Below, one piece after another: positions 54,012 to 64,000 of a stretch of 64,000 bases of DNA. A program made the position numbers and the translations under genes. The notes below the pieces were generated by a model. The model was given only the letters and a program-made list of their open reading frames with translations, made no database searches and had not been told where the DNA came from. This DNA is from the human T2T-CHM13v2.0 reference genome, Homo sapiens. The stretch lies in NCBI RefSeq assembly GCF_009914755.1, contig NC_060926.1. One strand, given 5' to 3'. Every line of letters starts with the position of its first letter. Positions within the stretch are counted from its first letter, which is position 1.

Positions 54012-54078
54012 AAATCTAACTTTTGTTCTACAGCTGGCAAACTTTTTTTTTGCCAGCTGTAGAACAAAAGTTAGATTT
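54012..54078. repeat. Perfect inverted repeat, 30-bp arms and 7-nt loop
   Basis: aaatctaacttttgttctacagctggcaaa (54012-54041), loop ctttttt, tttgccagctgtagaacaaaagttagattt (54049-54078). Confidence 0.97.
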
Positions 54079-54580
54079 TATTTTCAGGGAAAGTTTATAA
54101 TGCTTGTTGTCCACAGCATTTTTATTTGGCCTATTTTCTTTCTTCTTTGATTAGGAGGGATTTAGTCTCATCCATATTTTTGCCAAAAACAGGTTGTGTG
54201 GTGGTCCTTGATCTTGTCCATCAAGTCCTTTTTCCCAAAGGATAACTGAAGAAGATCACATACATTCCAACTTATTGAGTCTGATAGGTATTCATCTGAT
54301 GAGCTCCTCTTCAACTGAGGTAGAACCTTTTATTTATCCCACTATTCTCACTATTATAACTGATAAAGTGCAGTAACTTTCATTTTTCATCATGTAAAGC
54401 TGCCATGGACCTTGATGTCTATGTTTATTGCCTAGAATGTTTTATAAATGAAGTCAATAAATGACTTCCCCCATCCACATCCACTCACTAGCATTCTCCC
54501 AATTCTTATCTTATTTGTTATGTGATGGAGAATGAAAAAATAATGTATTGTGTGGGAAAGTGAGATGAGAGATAACTTAG

Positions 54581-55118
54581 TGTATTAATATTCTCTGCTG
54601 TATAAAGTTATTCCAAAACATAGGGGCTTAAATAATAAAAAGTGTTTATCATCTCACACAATTTATATTGCTCAGAAATTTGGGAGGCAGTTAGTTGGTT
54701 AGTTCTTGCTCAGGACTTCTCAAGGTTTTATAGCCAAGGTATTAGCAAGATATGCTGTCATTTTAAGGCTTAATGGGGCTGGAAGATTCAGCTCCAGGAT
54801 TGTTCACTCACATGACTGGCAAGTCTGTACTTCCTGTGGGAAAGAGGCCATGGTCCCTTGACATATGGATTGTTCTGTAGTTCCATAGACTGCTGGGATA
54901 TACAAATCGTAGTCTTTGTGCCCACAGGAGTGAGTGCTCCAAAAGGGAGCAAGATAAAAGTAGTAATAAAATGTCTTGAATGTTTTCAACTTGGAAGTCA
55001 CACACTATAATATTTACAATGTACTATTATAAATTACATAGGTGAGGCCTATATTCAGTGAGGAGGAAACTGACCATACATGAATGTGACTATCAGGCTA
55101 AAGGAATCATTTGAGGCT
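54581..55118 (-). mobile_element. MLT1F-like MaLR LTR
   Basis: ccaaaacataggggcttaaataata...ggggctggaagattcagctccagg..cactcacatgactggcaag...ttggaagtcacacac. Confidence 0.7.
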
Positions 55119-55119
55119 T

Positions 55120-56298
55120 TAAATATATATATATACAGATTTAGGAGGTGCAAGTGTAGTTTTGTTACATGGACACATTGTGTAGTGGTGAAGTCTGGGC
55201 TTTTAATATAACCATCACCTAAATAGTGAATATTGTACCCAATAGGTAATTATTCAACCCTCACCCCCACTTCCACCCTTCCACCTTTTGGAGTCTTCAA
55301 TGTCTGTTATACCCTTCTGTATGTTGATGTGTACCCATTGTTAAGCTCCCACTTCTAAGCAGGGATTTGACTTTCTGTTTCTGAGTTATTTCACTTAGAG
55401 AAATGGCCTCCAGCTCTATCCATGTTGCTGCAAATGACGTGATTTCTCTTTTAGGGCTACATAGTATTCCATGGTGCATTTGTGTTCATGTTTCATATTT
55501 TTTCTAAGTCCAATCATCTGTTGATGAACACAGGTTGATTCCATGACTTTGCTATTGTGAATAGTACTGTGATAAATATTTGAGTGCAGGCATTTTTTTC
55601 ATAAGATTTCTTTCCCTTTGGGTAGATATTCAGTAATGGGACTGTTGGATCAAACACTAGTTGTCTTTTCAGTTATTCGAGAAATCTCTATATTGTTTTC
55701 CAAAGAGGTTGTATTAAGTTCCATCCCACCAACAGTGTATGAGGGTTCCTTTTTCTCAGCATTTTTGCCAACATTGAGTTTTTAACAATGAACATTCTGA
55801 GTGGTGTGAGATGGCGTCTTATTGTGGTTTAAATTTTCATGTCTGTAATGATTAGTAATGTGGAGAATTTTTTTTCATGTTCATTGGCCATTTATTTGTA
55901 TTCTATTGAGAAATGTTTGTTCATGTCCTTTATTCACTTTTTAATAAGGTTATTCGTGTTTTTCTTTAGTTGTTTGAGTTCCTTGTAGATTCTGAATATT
56001 AGCCCTTGCTGGATGCACACAGTGAAAGAAAATGTTATCCTAATATTATCTGTGTAGTTTGCTGATTATTTCTTTTGCTGTGCAGAAACTTTTTAGTTTA
56101 ATTAGGTCCTATCTGCATATTTTTTGTTTTCTTGAATTTGCTATCGAGGACTTAGTCATAAATTTTTTGCCTAGGCCAACGTCCAGAACAGTTTGTTTCA
56201 TTTTTTTCTCTGGGATTTTTGTAGTTTTAGGTCTTACATTTAATTCTTCAGTCCATCTTGAGTTAATTTTTATATATGGTAAGAGATATTGATCCAGT
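55120..56298 (-). mobile_element. L1PB-type LINE-1 3' fragment
   Basis: gttttgttacatggacacattgtgtagtggtgaagtctgggctttt...ttttgctgtgcagaaactttttagtttaattaggtcc; the ORF at 56109-56339 contains ORF2-like KINSRWTEELNVRPKT. Confidence 0.85.
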
Positions 56299-57661
56299 TG
56301 AAGGCTGGCACCACACCTAGGTTCCCCACAAAAAGCCAAAACGGTAGAAATTTTACTCGCTAGTTTTACCTTTGGAGTGGGCCTTGCATTGCTAAGACTC
56401 AGAGCAAAGAGTGGCTAAAGATTAAATTACCTTTTGATTGAGATTCTTAGCCTTTTACTTTTAGCCTTGTATCTGTGGCAGTGCTTATGACTTCGCTGTT
56501 CGTGGGCTTATTGAGTATTTGGGCCTGGTTTCTTAAATGGATTGTGTTTAGTAAATATTTGGTTTTGACTGTGATATTGCAAATTCTAAATGTCAATGTT
56601 ATGAGTTTTCAAATTGATGTCTTTATATGTAATCTCAGAGAAATCGACCCAGTGATTATTTGTCATATGCTTTTCTTTATCTTCCTCATAAAAGTAAGCT
56701 TAATTTTGCTAACTTGTGTTATTCAATTATATGTAGAAAAATTAATTAATATTAAGAATGTTAATGTTATTCAGACTGATGAAAGTGTTTCCAAACCTGA
56801 CACACAAGGGAAAACTGATCACTATGTATATTTACTTACAATATTATTTTTGTTTTAATTGTTTTATATGTATTTTCCATTAATTGTTTTTAAAAAATGT
56901 GCATTATAAAAGAACCTCTTCATAAAAAAATGTAAATTCCAGTTGAATGGGCAAAATATATGTAATAAAAGAAAGACTATGGTAGTTGTCAAAGTATGGG
57001 AAGTTTGAGATGATACAATTATTAGATAAAACATTTTTAAACTATAGAGAGAGAAAATGTTTTTTGTAATTTGTTAGTAAGTTGACTTTTTTTAATATTA
57101 TATTTAAAGAGAGTAGATTTAAAAGGTGTACCACAGGTCATTTTCATGTGTATTTTAAGTGAAGTGGAGGGACTATACTTATATTTTTACTTACTGACTT
57201 TGATGATATAATGTTTGATAACAGAAATTTTTAGCACTCTGTAAATTATTGAACTATTTCATTTCCAGGATTGAAATGCTGTTTTTCTTCCCTGGTACAA
57301 TGTTAAAGCTTTAAACTCTTGTCAATGATGTGATGTTTCATCTGCAATGATCTACACTAGAAAAATAAAAATGTAGTTACTGACAAAAAAGCAGGTAAGA
57401 AAAATAATTTTTTTACTGATTTATGGATATCCTACTTTCATATATAATATTGCTTGAATCCATGTAATTTTCTGGAAGAATATCGAAAAAATACTAATTT
57501 TGTTCAAATATTTGACTATAAACCCACTTTCTATTTTTTATCCCCTAAAGAAACATTAACTGAACTAGTACATATCTTTAGTAAATGATATGACCAGCAT
57601 GAAGAAAAATCAAGAGGAAAATGTAAATAATTAAAATTACTAACAAAAGTACTAGCAGCTA

Positions 57662-57737
57662 TTAGTTTGGTGCAAAAGTAAATGGTTTTTCCTATTACTT
57701 CTAATGGCAAAAAACACAATTACTTTAGGACCAAGTG
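57662..57737. mobile_element. MADE1 (Hsmar1-derived MITE)
   Basis: ttagtttggtgcaaaagtaaatggtttttcctattacttctaatggcaaaaaacacaattactttaggaccaa matches the ~80-bp palindromic MADE1. Confidence 0.85.
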
Positions 57738-59496
57738 CATACATTGTTATTTTGATTAGAGTGTGATCCGCTTTATATGATTCATTTGCTACAATTCAAC
57801 TCCAGAAAATATGCACATTTGATATTTTTTAAAATCTAACTATATTCCTCAGAAAGCTTTGAATCTATCTATATATTCATTTATATATTCATTCAAACAT
57901 ATTTGTACTTTCTTCTCATTCTGTTTTTCTACCCGAATGAAATTAACTTATATTTTTAAACAGAAAATAATTATTTCATAATATAAGATCACATAGTTGT
58001 TTTAAATAAGAAGTATTGTATTGTCAATCCAACTTGTAAACTCAATCATTTTGGAAATATGGTGGTACCTCCAAATGGACAATTATTTAAAGACACTTCA
58101 ATAGTTTTTAATAGATTTCAGTCATTAATCTTTCTCTAAATATGAAGCCATACTGTTACTTGAGAAAGACTGCCAACCAAGCTGGTGGCTGAATAATTCA
58201 TAGATTATAAAACTGTGTCTCTTTGTTTTAATATATAGTGTTGTCTTCTTAAGATATTCATTTTTAAAAGGTATTTACAAACCAAGTTACTCAAATACAT
58301 ATCTTAGCAAGATATCTGCTATACATAGAAATGTATGTGTTAATGATAATCATCAATATAATGCCAAGTTTTCATAAAATATATGAAGTTTTCAAGAATA
58401 TTGGTGCATTTATAAAATCATCAAAAGTTTAAATTTTGAAACCTACTCTTCTGTCTTAAGGACTCCAGGTTTTAGATGCTAATTTCCATTGGTCCTGTAC
58501 TATTTGTACAGATTTTGGGCATCATAAAGAATATATGGAAAGAGAAAGAAGTATTGGCTCATATGCAACTTATACAATGTTTGTTAATAATATAATCTTT
58601 CGTATCACATTTGTTCTCTAAGAAACTTTGATATATAAGGATTAAGGTATAAAAGCATAAGGCGACTACTGGTAATACATAATGCTGAAGAAATGCTAAA
58701 AAAATATGATCGAACACATGCATTTTGTTATCACCTTCCCAGTTCCGGTAGGTTGCATTTCAGCAGGGATGGTGGGAAAAAAAGTCATATAAATTACCAA
58801 TTAGTTTTTCAGGAAATTCTAGTGGCAGGTTGGCAAGGAATTTTTTTATTTGTTAGAGAGAAAGCTTGAGTTGACCCTGGGTAAATGGATATTGCCAAAG
58901 GAAATCAAACTTAAGTTGTTGAAAGTACATGTCAAAAAAGGCTGCCTGCAGGGACAAGGGCAGCCTTGGAGAAAAAGGCTGAAGGTGTATTACCTTGGAT
59001 ATGATTGATAAGAGGCTCACCAGTGGGAGCCCAGTTTGAATTGAACATAGCAATGATTCTTATAGCTGAAAATTCCCAAAAAGTCTTGGCATTTTTTTGA
59101 CATGTCACCAACTATCAAAGAACTAGATCACAGACTGAGTCCAAAGGCAGTGGTAAGGAAAAAAAATGAAAAAGACAAAGAAAAAAATTTATCCCTATGC
59201 CTAAAAGTGCCAACTCTTTCAGAGAATTTGCATTTTGTACAATAAATAGTAATCACACAACCAAAGAAGTAAGTATTCTACTTTTAAGACTGAATAATAG
59301 ATACCCTATTTTTTTTAACAAGGAGTTCTTCCTGATATCTTTTTAATCAGACTGTCAATTTCTCCAGGAAGTTTTTCTATTCTTTAGTACCATAGGCTCT
59401 GATAATGAGCCATACCAACTTGTTAACAATAAAGAAAACACATTGGAAATGAGTGTGTTTAGATTATATCACCAATTTTCATGTTTTAATTTCTTT

Positions 59497-59928
59497 TGTT
59501 AAAAGAAAAACTTCAGCCGAATTAAAGTTAAAGGAGTTTAATTGAGCAATAAACGATTTATGAATCAGACATCCCCCAGAATCACAGCAGATTCAGAGAC
59601 TCTAGGGGTGCATCATGGTCAGAACAAATTTATAGACAAAAAAAGTAAAGTGATGTACAGAAATTGGAAGTGAGGTACAGGAATGGCTGGGTTGGTTACA
59701 GGTTGGCATTTGCCTTATTGGAACACAGTTTAAACACTCAGCAGGGTATGACTGGTTGAAATGTGGCTGCTGGGATTGGCCAAGACTCAGCTATTGTTAC
59801 AGGTGCTACTCCTAAGTTAGGTTTTCAATTTTGTCTACCTATTAAGTAAGTTAGATTGCGTTCACCCACAAGGACTCAAATATAGAAGTATGAGATCCTT
59901 CTCAGGCCATATGTAGTTCACTTTAGCA
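59497..59928 (-). mobile_element. MER57-like ERV1 3' LTR
   Basis: tgttaaaagaaaaacttcagccgaatt...gttcactttagca (TG..CA); the adjacent attcccctctttt reads AAAAGAGGGGAAT (polypurine tract) on the minus strand. Confidence 0.8.
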
Positions 59929-60428
59929 ATTCCCCTCTTTTGGTCATTTTCTCAATTTTGAGAGATTGAACAAAACTCTTGTCATTGATGTCAGTATCAA
60001 CACCATAAGTGTACTTATTTGGTCTTTAAGCCCACTGGAAAATAGTAGAACAGTGAGTTTTGTAAAGGTAGGAGCAAGGACTTGAATAGAGGATACCTCC
60101 TTATGTTAGAACATCCTGTTTACAGGAGAAAAACAAAACCTGATCTGCTCTAGGCACAGTTAGTTAGCATGACCAACTTCATTTTAGTTTGGTTTCGTCT
60201 GTTGGGGTCTAGTGCATTAGCTTAGTCTAAAACAATGGTTTCTCATAATTTTGTTTTTAAAATTTCCCCTTTTTGGTCAGGTTCTCACTTTGGTGAAAGT
60301 GTGACCACAACTTAGGGCCTTAGCATCATTTTCAGTTACCATCATTTTGAGTTTCCTGTCTCAGCACCTCATTCATAGGTTACAGTGTCCTCATGGTTGT
60401 GTGCTTCTTTCAACTCTTGTAGTTCCAG

Positions 60429-60930
60429 TTAAAGACAGACCATTTGCCATTCTAGAGGTGGCAGAATGCAAACATTTAGAACCTTTGAGAAAATACAGTG
60501 TACCAGGGAAACTATTATTACTATCGGGAGGATAATACCAAGAGTTTGGAGTATGCTTCTTATTCAGACTCCCCATAAACCAAACCACCTAAAATCGAAA
60601 AGAGTAAAGAATGAGTTAGATAGGGAGTCTACTTGCTTAACTAGGTGATCTTTTTGTTTGTTAATATCCTACATCTGAATCTCTCTCTATAATCTTCATT
60701 TAATGTAGTTCTTCATAGGCCACAATTCAATTATTTAGCGTAACTTTCACAAGATAATTTAATAAGTCTGTTGTGTGACCACAGCCTTTACAGTAGAATC
60801 TGCTATAGAACCTATCATGAGGGATACATTTCTGGTTATTACCTCTTTTACTCCAAACGATGGAAAAATGATGCCCTTCTAGAAGAATGAAGGCCTCCTA
60901 GCAATCAATATTCTCTTTAATCCTTGATGT
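60429..60930 (-). pseudogene. Retroviral env TM-subunit remnant
   Basis: Minus translation: ..LKR, IIFPSFGVKEVITRNVSLMIGSIADSTVKAVVTQQ, LNYLVKVTLNN*I, then (60644-60429) LVKQVDSLSNSFFTLFDFRWFGLWGV*IRSILQTLGIILPIVIIVSLVHCIFSKVLNVC..QMVCL*. Confidence 0.7.
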
Positions 60931-61184
60931 GGGTAAGAATAGTAAATCAATGTTCTGTTTCTGACTGAATATGAAGAAAAGTATGTACCATTAAAGTTTC
61001 TCACCTGCATTGGGCCTTCATCTTTTATCTATGTATAAGGCTGGCTACAAAATCCTTCACAGATAAAAGTATACCACATAAGTGCACTAAACAGACTCCT
61101 ATCTTATTTCTATTACTCATAGAGGCATAAACAAGAAAAAAAGTTCAAAGATAAGAGTCTCATGATAGTAGAGAAGTCTTGATC

Positions 61185-61470
61185 CGTGATCTTGGGAAAA
61201 GCTGTTCACATCAAGCATGCAATCTTCTTCTGGGGAGAGACATTCCTGTTTAACTGGACCTTAAGGGTTCCAATGGGTGTACAGTTCCATGAGTGTGGAG
61301 GGACCCTTCTCAGTTGTGAGATTATGAACCCACAGTTCAAGTTCCAAAGTTTTATTGCAGTAGGGATGGCAAAGCAATCTTTCCCTGATGTTTTCAGATG
61401 ATCCAGTCTTCAGGTTCTAGATTGTGAAGGGGTTGGCTGTCCTCAGTGAACCATAAAAAACTCATTTTGC
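61185..61470 (-). pseudogene. Gammaretrovirus-like integrase C-terminal remnant
   Basis: Minus translation with a frameshift: PLHNLEPEDWII*KH...PTAIKL..SQLRRVPPHSWNCTPIGTLKVQL, similar to the HxLxPGDWV..PTAVK..SQLK tail of ERV1 integrases. Confidence 0.55.
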
Positions 61471-62081
61471 TTTACCTGGTGAAAATACACTGAAGCATAA
61501 GAATTTACTGTTATAACATCAGCCCTCTTACATGGGAGACCTTTATAGAATCAGAAAACATGCATAGAAAATGACCATTGAATGAAACCCCCTTATAAAA
61601 TGTTTAAAATGTACTTGAAGCTTTGATTATTTTCTTAGGAATATGGGCTTGACAAACCAAACAATGGTTATAAGCTATTTTAGCAATTTATAAGTTACCA
61701 CACCAATATATTTGATTTAGATTATTTTATTTTTTCCATGATAAGTCACAGAATGCAGGACTTTTAATAATAAAAGTTTTAAGGGCTCAGGAAAGACAAG
61801 GCAGCTGTCCCGATTTTCCATGAGTCAATGCTTATCATTGGACCTATGTCCCGACCTATGTCCCCTTGAATAACAGTTATTTTTACAATTAGGTGCAAAT
61901 AACTGATAACTGATGGGTTATCATAGGTAATATGACTTAGACCTTGGAGTTCATTCAAACTGTATATCTAAAAATTTCAGTATTGTCTGATGTAGCATGC
62001 AAGTTTGGCAAAGTATTTACTTGGCATTTAAATAATTGTCATTCTACTTGTGTTAGTAGTTTTATAAACCAGTCTTTTTAT

Positions 62082-62127
62082 TAAAGTTTCAGGAATTCTT
62101 ACCCTAAAGTTTCAGGAATTCTTACCC
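62082..62127. repeat. Perfect 23-bp tandem duplication
   Basis: taaagtttcaggaattcttaccc twice (62082-62104, 62105-62127). Confidence 0.9.
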
Positions 62128-64000
62128 AGTCCAATTCTTGGGGAATTGGAGAATTCATGGGAAATTCTTACACATGATATGATTTTATATTTATTGGATA
62201 CCTGTATTCAAGAGTGCTTTTCAGGGTCGTTTCCATCCTTTAATGAACCTCCTAAAAGATACCATATGAAAGGATTTTATGTGAAGTTTTCAGGAACTGC
62301 ATCAGCATTAAGCAATTAACTGTGGAAATGCCTTTAAATGGTTAAAGACACAATAGACAAGGAAATTTGATTATATCTGTGGTCTACAAAAACTTAACCA
62401 TAATTATGATAGATAACAAATACTCAGACATAGTAGAATTTTAGAAATCCCATACAATTTTGGAATATATTGATGACATATGCTAAAATATAAACTGAAG
62501 AAGGTTAAACATTCTCTCTTATTTTGACACTGCTTCCCATGCAACCTAGCATATCAAATAGCCCTGTTTGTTTACCTCTCTTTTGGGTGCTTCAGGGGCC
62601 CTCTCTAGCACCCTAAAGTTAGAGGTCAGAAAAGATAATTTTGATGCTGAAACTTGACTTTGGGAAGCCTATCAGATATGCTAAAGGTCTAAAACATTTG
62701 ATATTATGAAATAGAATTCCAGGTCACCATAAATCATTTATTTAGCCAAAATAACGACTCAAAAATTTTTTAAAAGGCAAAAATCTTTACTCATTGAGAG
62801 AGGGAAGACTTAGCTTTCCAAATAATCTGTCTCTTCTCTTTCCCTTCTTTTTTCAGTAATTTATTCAAAAGGCAAAGAAAAATTTATCATTATGCTTTAA
62901 TATTACAGGGAAATCTTGTTCGAGAGACAGCCAAATATCACCCTTGCATTAGTCTACTATTAATGTCTACTTCAATTTTTAATAAAACCTTATAGACAAA
63001 TCTATCCAATCTTAATCAGTTTTACCATAAGGTGAGATTCTCATAAACATATTATAACCTTTTATAATTTGTGTGAAAGAGCAGATTGGTGCTCTAAGAA
63101 AAACCTGCTGTGTTTTTATTCCAATGTTCAATTTAGAGAAAAACTTAATAACACCCCTTTAACTTTAGCTAATGTTCACACAGAATTTCTTTTTACAAGA
63201 TTATTTTTTCATAAGCCTTCTACAACTTTTTCAAATATTTATCTTTATTTTATCAAATTTAAAACAATTCTTTAGGCTTGTAATCTAGGCAAAAGCATCC
63301 ACATTTTCATGCCTTCTTATAATTTTGTACCAAAAACACATTTCACTTTCCTTACACACCTTGCATGTAAAACTGTTTGTTTTTTTTTAGTAATCTGAAT
63401 TACATGCTACAATGTTAACTCTTAGAGACTTTTACTTCTGGTGAAAAACTTGGGAAGTAGGAAATTTTAATTATGTACTAGGTGTGAAGCCTAGGACACA
63501 GACAGAAGTGCAGATAAGGTCTGACTCTTTCCAGCCTTTCCAGAGTAGTTTAGTTAAGAGGAGTGTCTAACTTCACCACTTGTCACATGCCTTACCTAGC
63601 TGTAAAGCAGGCAAGTTGTACAACATTTTTTGCATAAATTCTCTTTCACAAATTCTTTCATGACTTATGCAGACCATCTACGACATGCTTGGACTTTCTG
63701 ACTTGCCTTAACTATCCCTCTTTTAAAAAAACTAGTCATTTTACTTCAGGACAAGAATTTGCCACACAAGAAAGATCTTTTCTTATATAAAATCTCTTTT
63801 GTTTATAACCTTATTTGTATGGCTAGGGGAGATGGCTAATTCCACATTTCCCAGGACTTATCTAGAGTCTAGTGCTCCAAAATATGTAAACTGAACAATT
63901 TTCAAAAGTCAAAGAAGCAGTTTATAACCTTAAGGTGTTTAGCAAATCTAATATGTGACCTGCATAATCTAGACCAAATGTTTACATTTTTGAAGATATT

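Larger units (their letters stand above)
59929..64000 (-). mobile_element. MER57-int-like (MER4-group ERV1) internal region, continues off the right edge
   Basis: PPT at 59929-59941, env and integrase remnants, then AT-rich non-coding internal sequence typical of MER4-group elements. Confidence 0.75.

Noticed and set aside
56475-56858. 127-aa hydrophobic ORF (similar ones at 12330-12725 and 26390-26725)
   Set aside because: Hydrophobicity follows from T-rich composition; no family motif and no supporting gene structure.

Overview
AT-rich primate genomic DNA (AluY elements point to a catarrhine, human/ape-like genome) that looks intergenic or deep-intronic. I can support no intact protein-coding gene; the listed ORFs are by-products of repeats or microsatellites. 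The window is mostly layered transposable-element fossils: a decayed class III (ERVL-like) gag-pro-pol fragment (1-2155, minus), solo LTRs (MER52, MLT2A2, MLT2A1, MER9/HML-3, several MLT1/MLT2), an internally deleted L1MA2/3-like element, other L1 pieces, three AluY copies, a FAM, MIR/L2 relics, DNA-transposon MITEs, and the 3' LTR plus internal region of a MER57-like ERV1 provirus with env and integrase remnants that runs off the right end. The most notable signals not explained by repeat annotation are a perfect 30-bp-arm hairpin (54012-54078), a tailless 5S rRNA retrocopy with target-site duplication (23821-23860), a candidate minus-strand exon with a textbook branch point (13051/13096-13228), a templated-insertion patchwork (8825-8890), two likely L1 twin-priming structures and several young tandem duplications. 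I found no convincing new multi-gene system. Repeat subfamily names come from recognition by eye and memory of consensus sequences and need RepeatMasker/Dfam confirmation; boundaries of old repeats are approximate.
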